From Hypanus sabinus (taxonomy: Eukaryota), in the NCBI RefSeq assembly GCF_030144855.1, contig NC_082722.1:12090001-12154000 (forward strand): 64,000 nucleotides of DNA, in the 5' to 3' direction. Both the position numbers and the translations under genes were made by a program. The notes beneath the pieces are model-generated. The model worked only from the letters and a program-made list of their open reading frames with translations, ran no database searches and was not told where the DNA came from. Shown piece by piece: positions 25,000 to 39,113 of the stretch (position 1 is the stretch's first letter; each line of letters opens with the position of its first letter).

Positions 25000-25560
25000 A
25001 ATTTTCATCATGGAGGTCCAGTCTTTATACACTTCTATCTCCCATCAAAGAGGCCTTAGATCTCTCCGTTTCTTTATCAATAAAAAGAGCATCAACTGCT
25101 TCCCCACCCTGGACACTGGACACACTTAACATATTTTCCTTTGGCTCCTTCCACTTTCTCCAAACTCGAAGACACCCACATGGCCCCCAGGTATGCCTGC
25201 CCTTTCCGTTGGCATTGTGGAACAGTCTATATTCCCTGGTAATACCACCCAGCTCTTCCTTTGCTATATTGACAACTGCATTGGCGCTGGTTTATGCACC
25301 CATGCTGAACTCGTTAATTTAATCTACTTAGCCTCTAACTTCCCTTCAGTACTTACATTCACTTGGTCTATTTATGACACCCTCCTTCCCTTTCTCGATC
25401 TGTCTGTCTCCATCTCTGGAAACAGACTGTTGACCGAAATCTTTTATAAAGCTGCCGATTCCCACAGTTTACTTGACTACACCTTATGCCAACCCTGTCT
25501 CCTGTAAACATGGGGTTCATTTTTTCTCAGTTCCTTCGTCTTTGTCTCATCCGTTCCCAG
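25000..25560 (+). mobile_element. Penelope-like RT fragment
   Basis: FLCYIDNCIG, FTWSIYDTLLPFLDLSVSI and IFYKAADSHSLLDY. Confidence 0.8.
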
Positions 25561-25689
25561 GAACCGGTCCGGGTGACTGATGTACCCTTAGCTGTTTCAA
25601 CTTTTTGAGCACCTTCTCTCTTGTAACAGTAACAACACCCATATCTCTTCCTTCATACAGTAAACATCAGGCAACTGCCAGTGTTTTCC

Positions 25690-26700
25690 ACAGAGAAGAC
25701 TGACGCAAAATACTAATTTAGTTCAGCAGCCAGCCCCTTGTCCACCGTTATTATTTTCCCTGCCTCATTTTCTGGCAGTCCTATATCCACTCTCATTTCT
25801 CTTTTATTTTTAACATAGTTGAAAAAGCTTTTACGATCTACTTTGATATTATTTGCAAGCTTGCTTTCATATTTCATCTTTTCCATTCTAATCATTTTTA
25901 GTTGCTCTCTGTAGGTTTTTAAAAACTTCCCAATCCTCTATCTTCCCACTAATTTTTTTCCTTTGTTGTGTGCCATTTGTTTTGCTTTTACAATAGCTTT
26001 GACTTCCCTTTTCAGCCACAGTTGTACTACTTTACCGTTTGAATATTCCCTCATTCTGGAATACACATGTCAAATACCTTCCTCATTTTCCACAGAAACG
26101 CACGCCATTGCTTCCCTGCCAGCAGCTCCTTCCAATTTTCTATTTTCTGTTCTAATTTCCTGTTGGGAGGCCTGTATATAACTGCCATCAACGTCCTTTT
26201 ACCCTTGCAGCTCCTTGTTGCAACCTACAAGTATTCAACATCTTCCGATCCTATGTCACATCTTTCTATTGATTTGATGCCATTCTTTACATGTGGAGAC
26301 AGACCACCCCCTCTGCATACCTTCCTATCCCTCCGATATAATGTGTAACCTTGGACATCCAGCTTCCAATTACAACCATCCTTCAGCCACGATTCAGTGA
26401 TGGCCACAACATGATGACTAGTTATCTATAATATTGCAACAAGATATTCCACCGTATGTCTTACACTACGTGCATTTAGATACAACACCTTGAGTACCGT
26501 ATTTGCAATCCTTTCTGACTCTTTAACCCTAATGATCTGATTCTCAGCCTTTTAGCAGCAACTAAGTCATATCATTTGCCTGTCCTACCGACAATCTGAT
26601 TGCATGCTATCTGCACTTTTTTGCCATTCGTCCTTTCCTGAATCCCTTCACTCCGGTTCCCAACCCTCTGCCAGGTTAGCTTAAACCTTCCCCAACAGCT
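25690..26700 (-). mobile_element. CR1 endonuclease-region fragment
   Basis: AITESWL...GYTLYRRDR..RGGG and KSFFNYVKNK. Confidence 0.8.
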
Positions 26701-26999
26701 CTAACAAACCTTCCCACAAGAATGTTGAACTCCTCCTATGAACCAGTCTCCTCTCTATCAGATTCCTTCCTCTTAAACTCTTCTTTATCTTTCCTAACAA
26801 TCTGGTTTCACCAATCACTTTTTAATCATACTCTTTCCTCTTCCCCTACCTTTTTATTCTGGCTTCTTACCCCTTTCTTTCCAGTATTGAAGACAAGTCT
26901 CATCCGAAGTGCCGACTGCCATCGATGATGATTCCTGATTTGCTGAGTTCCTGCAACATTTTGTGCGTGTCCCTTTGTATTTCCAGCAGCTACAGACTT

Positions 27000-28480
27000 T
27001 CTCATGTTTATGTTTTGCTGGAAAATTTCAGGACTTTGGTGAAGCCTTATGTGAAACATTGTGTGCATTTTTCGTCACCTATCTACAGTAAAGATGTAAT
27101 TAAGATTGAAAGAGAAAACAGAAAATTTAAGAGATTGTTGCCAGGACTGGAGGATCTGATTTATAAGCAAGCATTTAATAGGTTAGGATGTTAATGCTGG
27201 CAACATAGACGAATGAGTGGAGATTAGAAAGAGGTATACAAAATTATGAGGGCTATAAATAGGGTTAATTAAGATAAGCTTTTTCCACTCAAGTTGGGTG
27301 GAACTGCAACCAGAGGTTATGGGTTAAGGCTGAAAGTAACTTGCTTAGGCAAATCAAAAGCCTTCGCTCAGAGGGTCGTGAGAGTGTGGAAAAGCTGGCA
27401 GCGTAATGCCGCAAGCGAACTCGATTTCAACGTTCAAGAGAAGTCTGGATAGGTACATGGATGTAAAGGTATGGTGGGGGGGGGGGGTATGGTTCAAGTG
27501 TAGGTCGACTGGACTCGGTAATTTAAATAGTTCTGCACATATTTGCTGGACCGAAAGGCCTCTTTCTGTGATATACTGTTCAATGATTCCATTACTATGA
27601 AACCAACAGCATAAATAAAAATAGGCTCGGACCACGCAGGTAAGAAGTGAGAAAACTAGGGTGAGAGAATGTGGGCGAATATTTACGGAAGTACATTGGC
27701 GGTCCTTTTCCACAGGTATCGCTGCAGCATCTGCTACAATTCATGTCATATGTTAACTATATGGATGACGGAATTTATGGCTTGAGGCTAAGTTTTGGGA
27801 ATCATCCAAAGATACATGGAGGGGCAGGTATCGTTGAGGAAACACGAAGTCTGCAGAAGCGTGTGGATCGATGAGCAAAATGGGCAAAAATTTTGCAGAT
27901 AGAATACAGTGTAGGGAAGTGTATGGGCATAAACTTTATTAGAAGGAATAAAGGCATAGATTATTTTCTAAACAGGAAGTGAACATAGAAATCGGGAGTG
28001 CAAAGAAAAAAACACGACTTGAGGTCCTGGTGCAGATTAAGGGCCGAGTTCAGTCGCTAGAAGGAAAGGTTAGTGTAATGTTGCCATTCATTTCACAAAG
28101 CCTAGAATATAAAAGGGTTAACGGAATGCTGAGGCTTAAAAGGCATTGGTCGGGTCACAGTTGGATCAATTTTCGGACCAATATCGAACAAAGGATGTGC
28201 AGACATTGGCGAGGGCCGATAATAAGCTTACGAAAATGATCATGGGAATGAAAGGATGAATTCATGTGTCTGTACTCGCTGGAGTTTTGAAGAATGTGGG
28301 GTGGGGGTTGGGGTGGAATCACACATTGAAAATGCCTAGATAGAGTGGACGTCCAGAGTATGCATCCATCGCGGGAGAGTTTACGACTAAAGGGCACATC
28401 CTCTTAATAGAAGGACGTCGCCTTCTAACAGAAGAGGATGAATCTCCTTAGCTACATGGTGATCAATAATCCAGATATAC
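27000..28480 (+). mobile_element. Highly degenerate CR1 3' fragments
   Basis: LVKPYVKHCVHFSSPIY and CR1-like 3' UTR remnants. Confidence 0.6.
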
Positions 28481-29659
28481 GCCCGAAAGTGGATCTAAAC
28501 TCCAGAAGTCGAGGTTCAACGGAGAGAGACGGAATGTGCAAATCTCTGCGTATCCCCTACGGAAGACATAGAGCAATATGTCGAGCACACGAGACTGCTG
28601 GACGCTGAGGCCAAAGATGGCCTGATCTGTGATTAGAAGACTGAGTATGCCCGTGGGTGTACGTGTGAGAGAGAGGAAGAAATGACAGTTATTTAAAAGC
28701 TGTTGCTTTGCCGCTTGTTATGTTCTTCTCTGATGTGTTTAATGCAGAGCATGGTGGACAGGTGGCGCTGGAATGTGTGGCGACTACTGTGAGTTGCGCC
28801 AAGCATATTCTTGGGTGTCTTGGTTTTTAACGAAGGCAGCACTTTTCACAGCATGTTCTGATGTACAGATGATAAATAAATCCGAATCTATGGTATTCAT
28901 TTCCACAGACGGCTGTGGATGAAACTTCATATTTAAACCAGAGGTTAATAGAGACTTAAATAGTAAGAGCCAAAGAAGTTAAAGAGAGGAGGCAGGAGAA
29001 CCGGGTTAAGTGGACTACTAAATCAGGCACGATATGAGCTCGGAGCATACTCAAAACGCCAATTTTGCCCCTACGTCTAATGATCATAAGGATCAATTTG
29101 AAAGAAAAAGAAAATTCAGCATTAAAATTCAACTAATATAGGAATGGTTGAAAGATACACCGAATGTTTATTAGTTTAAACGCCAGTAAATATGACACGA
29201 GGCACTAAGACCCACTAAGACCCGTATGTACGTGTGCTGATTGTGTCCCCGTGTACAAACTCGAACAGAAGGCTAGAAACTGACCAGAAATTCCAAGGAA
29301 TTTGCAATATTGAAATTGATTAATCAACCGTTATGCATGCATGACTATCCTTTTCCTTCTCTGTGCTCTATCCAAATTTTATTCTGCTGCTCATTCTTCA
29401 TCCCTCTCATCATTTCACTTTCTCACGAACCTGTTTGCACTAGAAAAGTGTTATTAGTTTCAAATGCAAATGCGAAGTAAAGATCCAATCTCCAAAAATA
29501 CAGCCATCAGCATGTAGAATATTGTTCATTAAGATTATGTCTGTGCTCATTTCCTGACATTTAATGGTCCAATAGCTGTTATGCAACACTTTTGTGTGCT
29601 CAAAACTTTTTTCTCCTCTTTGCCGCAATAATAAGAACACAATTATAAAAAAAACCATA

Positions 29660-30110
29660 ATAATTATAAATACATGATACCTCATATACACCATAAAGAT
29701 TGTATGTCCATAAAGTAACGATAGGCAGACGAGTGGTCTACATGAGGTGACTCTGGCAGGAAGCGATAAAATAGTGGTGGAAGGGGTTGTGAAGGGGGGG
29801 GGGTTGCTTGAATAGTGGTGTTGATCAGCCTTACCCCTGGGGAACCTAATTTCTTTTGATTCTGGTGAGATTGCCGTGGATGCTACGTAGCCTTCTCCCC
29901 GATAGGAATGGGACAAACAGTGCACAAGTAGGGTGGTTGCGATCCTTCATGATACTACTGGCACCTTTCGAAAACTGATTGCGGGTAGGCGTGTACCGGT
30001 GATGCATTGGCAGTTTTGACTACCCGTTGTAGAGCCTCCCTGTCTGCAGAGCAGGTTCTGTAACTTGTAGTGATACAGAATGTTAGTATGCTCTCTATTA
30101 TGCACCTAGA
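29660..30110 (-). mobile_element. Rex1/Babar fragment
   Basis: RCIIESILTFCIT...DREALQRVVKTA. Confidence 0.7.
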
Positions 30111-31249
30111 AAAAGACGCCAATGCAGATGTGCAGAGCCCAGCTATCTTCAGCTTTCTCAGCATTCTTAGGTGGGCGGGTCCACGTAGGTGGCAATAACA
30201 TAGGTAGGAAGAGTGATGAAGTTATGCAAAATGAATTCAGGGAGATAAGTGTTAAGTTAAAGGGGAGGACATCCAAGGTTGTGATGTTAGGATTGCTAAC
30301 CGTGCCACATGCTGGTATCATGGTCTGGTCTGTGAAGTCCGCATTTCTGTTCACGGTCCGGTCCAACGTTCCTTATTCCAGGTTTTCCCGTTCTCCCTTG
30401 CTCTGTTGGGTGCTCTAAATGAGGCATCTGATTCTCATTTTGGTCTGAAAAACATAATTAGCTCCTGGGTTCAGCTTCATTGACTGGACTGTTCTCTTCC
30501 CTTCACCTTCCTCCTGAAGCCTTGCCTGCAACCTCGCCTGCATCCCCGCCTGTATCACTGTCAAGTTCTACCACCGGAGCTGTTTATCGTGGGTTGGAAT
30601 TGTCTCTGTGTCCACGCCTTCGCTAGGTAGGTCTGGCCTTTTGCCGCTACGTTGTGTTGGTAAGCCTCGAAGAACCCAAACTTCACCTAGTCTGGCAACC
30701 AAGCCTCGTCTAGTCCTGTAGTCAAGCCTGAGGAACCCCAGCTATGTCCAGTCATGTAGCCACGTCATGTCCTCGCCTAGTTCTAGGGTCCGAACCCGAG
30801 TCAAGACACAGGTTCTGGGTCCTTGTCTAGTCTCTGGCTCGAAGTTCAAGCCCAGGCTCCTAGTTCCCAGTTCCTTGCCCTGGTCCCGCTTTCCTAGCCG
30901 AAGTCCTAGCCCATGTCTGTGTCTTGCTTTTGGGGCTGCTCCCAGCGCCCACCTTATGACAGCCAGTGAAATCGGAAGTACGAAGATTATACAGTTTAAC
31001 ACGTACTTAAGGAGTTGATGTATGAGGGAGGGCATAAGAATATTGGGTAATTCGGCTTAATTCCAGGGAAGCTAGAACCTGTACAGAAGAGACGGTTTTC
31101 ACCTGAACTTGGGGGATGGGTAGAGATGAGGATAATATCCTCACGAGAATGTTTGCTAGTGCTTCGCGGGGTGGAGGAAGGAGAGGATGTGGGTTTAGGT
31201 AAAATCGCAATAGGATGGGAGCCAGCGTGCCAGAACAGATAGTGGAGAG

Positions 31250-31990
31250 CTCGTTAAGATAGTTTTTATTAAGACCTCAGAAAAAAGTCAGGAATCAAAC
31301 ATTTAAGCATAGTACTAGTGATGACCGAAGCTGCTGTATTTCAATGTCAGAAGTAACGTAGGAAAGGCATTTAAGTTCAGTCAGCACTTCGAATTATGAT
31401 ATTGCAGCCATTAGTGCGACTTGTTTGCAAGAGGCTGGCAGCACAGTATTATAGGATTCCATTACACGCGACAGTGCAGAGAGATTAAAGGAGGAGGAGT
31501 GGCATTACTAGTTAGGGAAAATATCACGGCAGTGTTCAGTCTGGACAGACTGGAAAACTCTAGTGAAGCATTATGGGTGGAACAGAGAAATAAGAAGTGT
31601 GTGACCACGTTAACAGGGCTATATTACAGACCATTCAACATTCCGAGTGATATAAAAGGAAAACATTGCAGTGATACTAGAAAATGTTGCAAAAAAGCAA
31701 GGGACGTGATTTTAGCATATCACATTTTGACTAGGATTTCCATGCTGTAAAAAAAATCTAGATTAGATAGAGATTGTCAAATGTATTCAGGAAAGTTTCC
31801 TTAATCAGTAATCAGTGTTTGCGATACCTGTTTCCAATGGCAGAGTTTGCGATACCTGTTCTGGAATGACACTGGGTAGGCGACAGATCTTTGTGTAGAG
31901 AAACACTTTGCATCTAGTACTCACAATGCATTAGTTTCGAAGTAAATATTCAACAAGATAGGTCTGACCTGGTCTCTTCTGTACAAGTCT
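31250..31990 (+). mobile_element. Degenerate CR1 endonuclease region
   Basis: GGGVALLVRENITAV...EALWVE.RNKK...GLYYRP. Confidence 0.7.
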
Positions 31991-32140
31991 AACCTTCTCT
32001 GGAAGATTCAGAATCAGAAACAGCTTTATTATTACCGGCATGTGACGTGAAATTTGTTAACTTAGCAGCACCAGTTCAATGTAAAACATAATCTAGCAGA
32101 GACAGAAAAATAAATAAATAAAATAAAACATCTAATACAT

Positions 32141-32430
32141 TGTCTCGTACCCCATGACCGGGTTACCAAACCAGCAGAAATGGAATGATATGTTGGAATC
32201 TGGTGGTACTGTAACTAAAAGTGTTTATTAGTAAACTAAGTAATACAGTACTATAAAATGCAAAAATACATATAAAACAGGTTAGCAATGATATATACAG
32301 AAGTGCAGAAATAGGAATCAAAAGCAAGCTCTATCGAAGTCTTGGGGTAAATGAATAGTTTTCTGATGGTGCAAAGTTCAGTTCAGTTCAGTTTAAGTTG
32401 AGGTAGTTGCTGTTTTACCTTCGGGGGAGG

Positions 32431-32479
<49 letters not shown>

Positions 32480-32930
32480 GCAACAGGCAAACCTTCCGTT
32501 GTCTTCTTGTTCTGTTGTGCTGTTGTGGTCACCGATTGTGACACCTCCGTACCAGGCCAGACCGTTCTTCAGTGGTGAGCCTTTCACCCAGGCGAGGGCG
32601 GACACACACACAAGTCCCCACCAGTTTGCCTTCACACACTGTGAGCCTCTGATCGATTTCCCTGAATCGATCCTCCGAACCCTCACCTTCGCGTGGGTGC
32701 ACAATGCTCCTTCAGTGTCCCATGGCGTGTCTTCCTGTGACTCAGCAGACCCGGTTTTTGTCTCCCCTGCCGGGGTACCAGCCATCCATCACATGTCCAT
32801 CACCCGGCACCGCCTTGCTGTCTCAGCAGGCATCTGGCACCGCCTTGCTGTGTCAGCAGGGATTCACACAAGCAGGCAAAAGTGTCCATGGAGCAAAAGT
32901 AAACAATCATCGAAGAAGCCATAATACTAA

Positions 32931-32969
<39 letters not shown>

Positions 32970-33026
32970 TCAGCATAGTTCACGGGGGGGGGGGCTCAAC
33001 GTCTTGTTTGCTCATCACATATCACA
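32141..33026 (-). mobile_element. 3' LTR of the Gypsy element (about 886 bp), containing (GA)n and (CT)n tracts
   Basis: TG...CA ends. On the minus strand it is preceded by a purine-rich PPT-like aagggtcgggg, just downstream of the RNase H stop. Confidence 0.7.
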
Positions 33027-36000
33027 CCCCGACCCTTAAAAGAATTGTTACTGGGGAAAAATTCAATAGAAAGGCACATTACAGAGACTAATATAATAAT
33101 GAAGTAGTAATTAACCAACAGAATACCACAGATGTAATTTCAAATCTAACACCTAGATAAACAATCAGCAATTACATTGTAAGTCCCCTTTACATGTTGT
33201 ATCTTTATATCAAATTCTTGTAACATCGGACTCCAACTTAGTAGTCGTCTATTCTTTTCCTTCATGTTAGTCAAAAATACCAATGGATTGTGATCAGTAT
33301 AAACTATCAATGGCTTCTGTGCCGGACAAATGTAGCCCTCAAAATGCTGTAATGCCAGAATAAGTGACAGTAATTCTTTTTCTACAGTGGAATAATTTCT
33401 CTGGTGCATATTAAACTTACTAGAGAAATAAGCCACTGGGTGTCCAATTTCGTCCTCGTCTTTCTGCAGAAACACTGCCCCTGCAGCCTCGTCACTGGCA
33501 TCCGTCTTCAGGGAGAAGGGTTTTGAAAAGTTAGGCGCTTTTAACACAGGACGGTAACACAAAATAATTTTCAGCCTCTCGAAGGCTTGTTGGCAAGGAT
33601 CACTCCAGACAAATTATTCATTATTTTGCAAGAGTTTGGTAAGAGGGTGGGCAATATCCACAAAGATTTTACAAAACTTCCGATAGTACTCCACCATTCC
33701 CAGAAACCTTCTCAGAGCTCTCTTATCAGTCGGGACAGGAACTGCCAAAATAGCCTGCACTTTAGCCTGCATAGGTGCCAGTTGCCCCTGTCCTACCACA
33801 TACCCCAAGTATGTGACCGTAGCGAGGCCGAATTCACTTGTGGCGAGGTTCACTGTGCATTTGGCTTCAGACAGCCGTTTAAACAGTTCCTCCACAGCCA
33901 CAATGTGCTCGTCCCACGTATCACTCCAAACCACTAAGTCGTCAATGTAAGCCCCTGTGTTCTTTAACCTTTTAATCACTGTCAATCATTCTTTGAAATG
34001 TCCCTGCAGCGTTTATCATTCCAAAACGCAAGACATTATACATAGAACCCTGATGGAGTGACAAATGCTGAAATTTCTCGAGCCTTGTCAGTCAAAGGAA
34101 CACACCAGTATCCTTTCAGTAAGTCAATCCTTGTGATGTACCTAGCCCTCCTCTCTCTAACAATGCAATCATCCACCCTTGGGATAGGATAAGCATCAGT
34201 CTTTTTGATGGCATTTACTTTCCTGTAATCTGTACAAAACCTTACATACCATCAGGCTTCTGGACAACCAGACATGGAGATGCCCAGTCTGAGGAAGATC
34301 GCCTGATAGTACCAGCAGCTAGCATATGTTCAATTTCTTTTCCACTCGCTTGCTCTTTTAAAATTCATCCTATAGGGGTGTTGCTTAATAGGCTGGGCTG
34401 CAGTAACAATAACATCATGTACTGTAACAGTACATCTCCGAGGAACATCTGGACATAAATCTGTACGCTGGTTAATTAATTCTGTCAGCTGTTCACTTTG
34501 GTCAGCCTTCAAATGACGGACCTTATCAGCAAAGTTGGCCAAAATAACAGAGTTTCCTAGTCTGGTGGGCACTATATTTATCTTTTCAAAGTGCTCGTGC
34601 CCCTCATTAGCAGTCTCCACAGACTCATCTGTTTTCGTGACAGCATTGACAGCCTTAGGATCATGATAAGCCTTCAGCATATTGATATGGACTAATTGAT
34701 TTGCTTGTACCGATCATAAGTTTCAATAACATAGTTCAAAGAGTCTATTTTTTAATTACCTTGTACCGACCTTGGAATCTCGCCTCTAGGGGGTTGGTCA
34801 CAAAGGGGAATAATACCAAGATCATATAACCAATCTGAAACACCTGTTCTCGTGCTCGTTTGTCATACCACTGCTTCATTTTGGCTTGGGAGTCATGAAG
34901 GCTTTTCTTTGCAAGGTCGCATATCTTGTTAAGCCACTCACGGAATTTCAAAACATAGTCAATCACACTGACATGCACTGTCGGGTTCGACCATTTCTCT
35001 TTAAGTAAGGTCAGAGGTCCCTTGGGCCTATGACCGAAAACAGGCTCGAATGGGCTGAAACCCAGCGACCCCTGAACCGTGTCCCTCAATGCGAAGAGCA
35101 GGAGGTGCAATCCATCATCCCAGTCTCTGATATTCCCCTGGCAGTAAGTTTTTATCATGTTTTTCCAGAGTCGAATGAAATCGTTCCAACGCCCTTTGGG
35201 ACTCAGGATGGTATGCCGAGGATAAGATATGTTTAACTCCCATCTCAGACATCATCCGTTGGAATCTGCGGGATGTGAATGTACTCCCCAGATCGGACTG
35301 AATCTCTTTAGGCAACACTACCATAGTGAAAAATTTAACAAGTGCCTTTACCACTGCGTGAGCTTTGATGCTCCCCAGAGATACAGCCTCCGGAAATCTC
35401 GAGGCAGCACATATAATAGTCAGGACATACTGAAGCCTAGCCGCGGTCTTAGGCAAGGGACCCACGCAATGTACGATGACTCGGGAGAAAGGTTCCCCGA
35501 AGGCGGGTATCGGCCGAAGGTGTGCCTTAGGAATGACCTGATTCGGCTATCCTACCACCTAACACGTGTGACACCACTTACAATAATCAATAATGTCCTT
35601 CCTCATATTCGGCCAGTAGAATTCTTTCATAACCCTATATACCGTTTTCCTCACTCCAAAATGTCCACCTAGGGGTATCTTGTGGGCCAGGTTCAATATT
35701 TCGTCCCGATAAACCTTCGGAACTACCACCTGGTGTACAATCGCCCAATTCTCATCTGCAGGCATTGTAGCCGGTCTCCACCTTCTCATTAATACTCTCT
35801 CTTTAATGTAGAATCCCACTGGTTCCTTTTTAATTCCCTCCTCCAAGAGAGCTGTCTCTTTCAAAGCCACAAGTTCCTCATCTTTCCTCTGTTCCCTCAC
35901 AAACTCTTTTCTCGATAAGGGTAAATCCGTCTCGTCCCCCTTTATCTCCTCATCTTCCCTGTCCTCTAACCCCTTCTGATACAGGGACAGTAAAAAAAAA

Positions 36001-37192
36001 AAGTCTCAGCTAACTGCACGTCCGCCTCAACAGCCTTTTCCGCCATTCTGTTGGTTACTGCGCAAGCGGGATAAACCTCAGAATCTGTAGGCGAGTCCTC
36101 AGCACCTACAGGCTTACTCGTGAGCTGAACTATTAAATTAACTTCACCCTGGATAGGTGCCAATTTAATATTTACCAAACTTAGCACTATCATTAAGCTT
36201 AGAAAAACCATGTTTACATTCTGGAAGTTCCCAAACAGTCCATCAATTCCGCTTTTTCGACCTTTACTTCGATTCGTCCCCATAGTAACCCGTCAGGTGG
36301 TCTCTCAGACCCAAAACAATCCTTTTTCTCTACATTGTCATCTTGAACAGCCCCTTTCTCACTATTGTCCATAAAATTCACATCACCAGTTTTAATCTCA
36401 TCGCTAACTTTTAGGACACCGTCTAACACAAGTGACTGGGAATCCTCACTTTCCACTGCTGCCAGAGTTAACCCTTTACTCACTGAACCAAGTCCATCTG
36501 ACCCAAAAGTACTGTATTTCTTTTTAACCAAGTCAGATACTTCAGACCTTTCCCCAGTCTCAACACAAGGTTCAGTACCCTGTGAATCCACAGGTACTTT
36601 AACAAGCTGAACATAGGCAAACGGGACATCTGCCTCTTCTAGGCTCCCAATACCAGTCCCAGTCTCAAATTCCAAGTTCCCCTGATCCTCCCAGCTACTC
36701 TCTGGAAAACTCCTATCCGGAGTAAACGCTACCTTGTGGGTTATAACAACCTCGTTTGCTAACCCAGAAGACTCCCTCAAGGTAGCGGCACCCTTTTCAC
36801 CTCGGAATGTCCTTACATCGTCGGGAACACCTTGCTTAAATTCTTCATCTACAAACAGCTCTTTCAAGCTACATAAATCATCAGTGTCCAACACTGGACC
36901 TTCCAGTTGCCACATCTGTTTCTCAAATTGTCTGTCTTTCCCTTTCCTCTCTCTGTCTCCGTGCTTCTTCCGTCCTTAACTTAATTCTCTCTATCCTCAT
37001 CTCTTCCAGACGTATCTGAACCTCATGCTTCATAGAAGTAAAGTACTCCACTATTATCACTCGGAGTTCCCCCTTCGTCATACTGATCTGTGCCTTAAGT
37101 TGCAATGCATTAACAACTTCCTACAACTCATCCTTTTTAGCTTTCCATAAGCTCGCATGGTCTGGACTTAACAGAAATCCTTTAACATCCAT
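33027..37192 (-). mobile_element. Gmr1-like Ty3/Gypsy internal region, order gag-(PR remnant)-IN-RT-RNase H, frameshifted; 5' LTR not found
   Basis: gag ATG at 37192. Integrase HHCC (LAH...GGHFGV...C..C..C) at 35559-35900 and core at 34745-35465 lie upstream of RT (YIDD, 33614-34400) and RNase H (TDASD...ELL...YTDHNPL, 33146-33562). Confidence 0.9.
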
Positions 37193-37214
37193 TTCTGCTG
37201 TTTTCCTTCCACAG

Positions 37215-37760
37215 TACAGCTGTGGAAATTTTTGAGTGTATTTGTTGACATGCCAAATCTTTTCAAACTCCTAATAAAGTATAGCCGCTGTCTCCCCTTC
37301 TTTATGACTACATCGATATGTTGGGACCAGCTTAGATCCTCAGAGATCTTGATACCGAGGAACTTGATGCTGCTCACTGTCTCCATTTCTGATCCCTCTA
37401 TGAAGATTCGTATATGCTCCTTCGTCTTACCCTTCCTGAAGTAGACAATCAGTTCTTCCGTCTTGCTGACGTCAAGTGCCAGGTTGTTGCTGCGGCACTA
37501 TTTCACCAGTTGGCATATCTCACTCTTGTACGCCCACCCATCACCACCTGTTCCACAACAATGGTTGTATCGTCTGCAAATTTGTAGATGGTATTTGAGC
37601 TACGCCTGGCCACACAGTCGTGTATATATATAGAATAGAGTATGGGCTAAGCACACACCCCTGAACTGCGGCAGCGTTGTTCATCAGCGAGGAGGATGTG
37701 TTATCACCAATCCCCACAAACTGTGGTCTCCCAGTTAGGGAGTCAGAGATCGAATTGCAG
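37215..37760 (-). mobile_element. Rex1/Babar RT fragment abutting the Gypsy 5' end
   Basis: KFLGIKISEDLSWSQH...RQRLYFIRSLKRFG. Confidence 0.85.
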
Positions 37761-38439
37761 ATCCAATGATCTAAAAGTCCTATGCCCTCCCTCCTACACC
37801 AACTCCCTAGCCACTGTATAGCTTCCTATTTCTGGCATCAGTAGCACAGGGCACGGGTAGCAATCCTGCGATCAGAGCCCTGGAGGTCCTACCCTTTATC
37901 CTACATCCCAACACTGAAGCATGAAGACTCTGCGATTTCCTGCAGGGATTCTCTTCACTTTGATTTCTTGAAGTTAGTGCTTAAAACACCGCGGATCTCC
38001 ATCACATTACGAACACAACAATCACTATCCTCACTTCATTAAAAACGCATTATTTGGCACGGCACTATTAAACCTCAATTTCCAACACTCTTACCTCTGT
38101 AATATAATCTCCGACTATTCAATGTACTGTTTGACATTCCAAAAGAAGTATAGAACAAACAAAAAGGATTTAAAAGGCAGCATGTAAAGGATTTAAAATG
38201 CTTGTCAGCTATTTGGGATTGTGTACCAGAGCGTGGAAAACTCAACACTGAACTGAGCATTCCTTCAGTAAAAGACATACTGTAGTTTGCGAATGACATG
38301 CTGCTACCAGCTGGCGAATTTGAAAACGATATATTATTTTTACCTACATCTGCATAGAGTATTTTATTATAAAGCAGATTATTTACTCTTTTTTTCAAAT
38401 AATTGGTCTGTACATAACGGCTGTGTGGTGAAAAAGGAG

Positions 38440-38945
38440 ACTTTTTCACCTCAGGTGGCTGAAGAAGTTTGGTATGGGCCCCCAAATCCCAAGACCTTTC
38501 TATAGAGGCATCTGGTTGCCTCACTGCCTGGTATGGCAACCATACTTCTCTCAATCGTAAGGCTCTATAGAGAGTGATGTGGACAGCCCAGCGCATCCGT
38601 AAGTGTGAACTTCTCATTATTCAGGACACTTACAGACAGGATCACTGGGGACCCGAGTCACCCCAACCACAAACTGTTCCAACTGCCAGTATCAGGGAAA
38701 TAGTACCGCAGTATTAAAGCCAGGACCAAGAGGCTCCGGGACAGCTTCTTCCACAAGGTCATCAAACTGATTAAATCACGCTGACACATCTGTATTTCTT
38801 TGTTATATTGACTATTCTGTTGTACATACTATTTATTATAAATTACTATAAATTTTATATTGCACATTTAGATGGAGATGTAACGTAAAGATTTTTACTC
38901 CTTATGCATATGAAGGATGTAAGTATTAAAGTCAATTCAATTCAA
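38440..38945 (+). mobile_element. Rex1/Babar 3' fragment
   Basis: Same family as 17945-18610; ends taaagtcaattcaattcaa. Confidence 0.8.
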
Positions 38946-39113
38946 ATCAGTTTACTCTTTGCTATCTGTGTCAAACACATATGGAGTCCCTCTCGGGGTG
39001 ATTCGTTTAATTCTTTAGATTCCGAAACGCAACCATCATAGTTAATGGAATAAGGGTAATTTAAGGAAAATGTTTCAATATCGCAACTTCCTTTAACATT
39101 TTCTGTTCTGTAG

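Noticed and set aside
29440-29925. 161-aa minus-strand ORF with a hydrophobic stretch, a possible TM protein
   Set aside because: It overlaps a Rex1 3' remnant and AT-rich low-complexity DNA, with no splice or domain support.
32426-32476. (GA)n tract, and (CT)n at about 32935-32961
   Set aside because: Ordinary microsatellites inside the LTR.
25000-37900. Search for leader and V exons of the relic third copy
   Set aside because: No V-like sequence was recognised; the region is filled with TEs.
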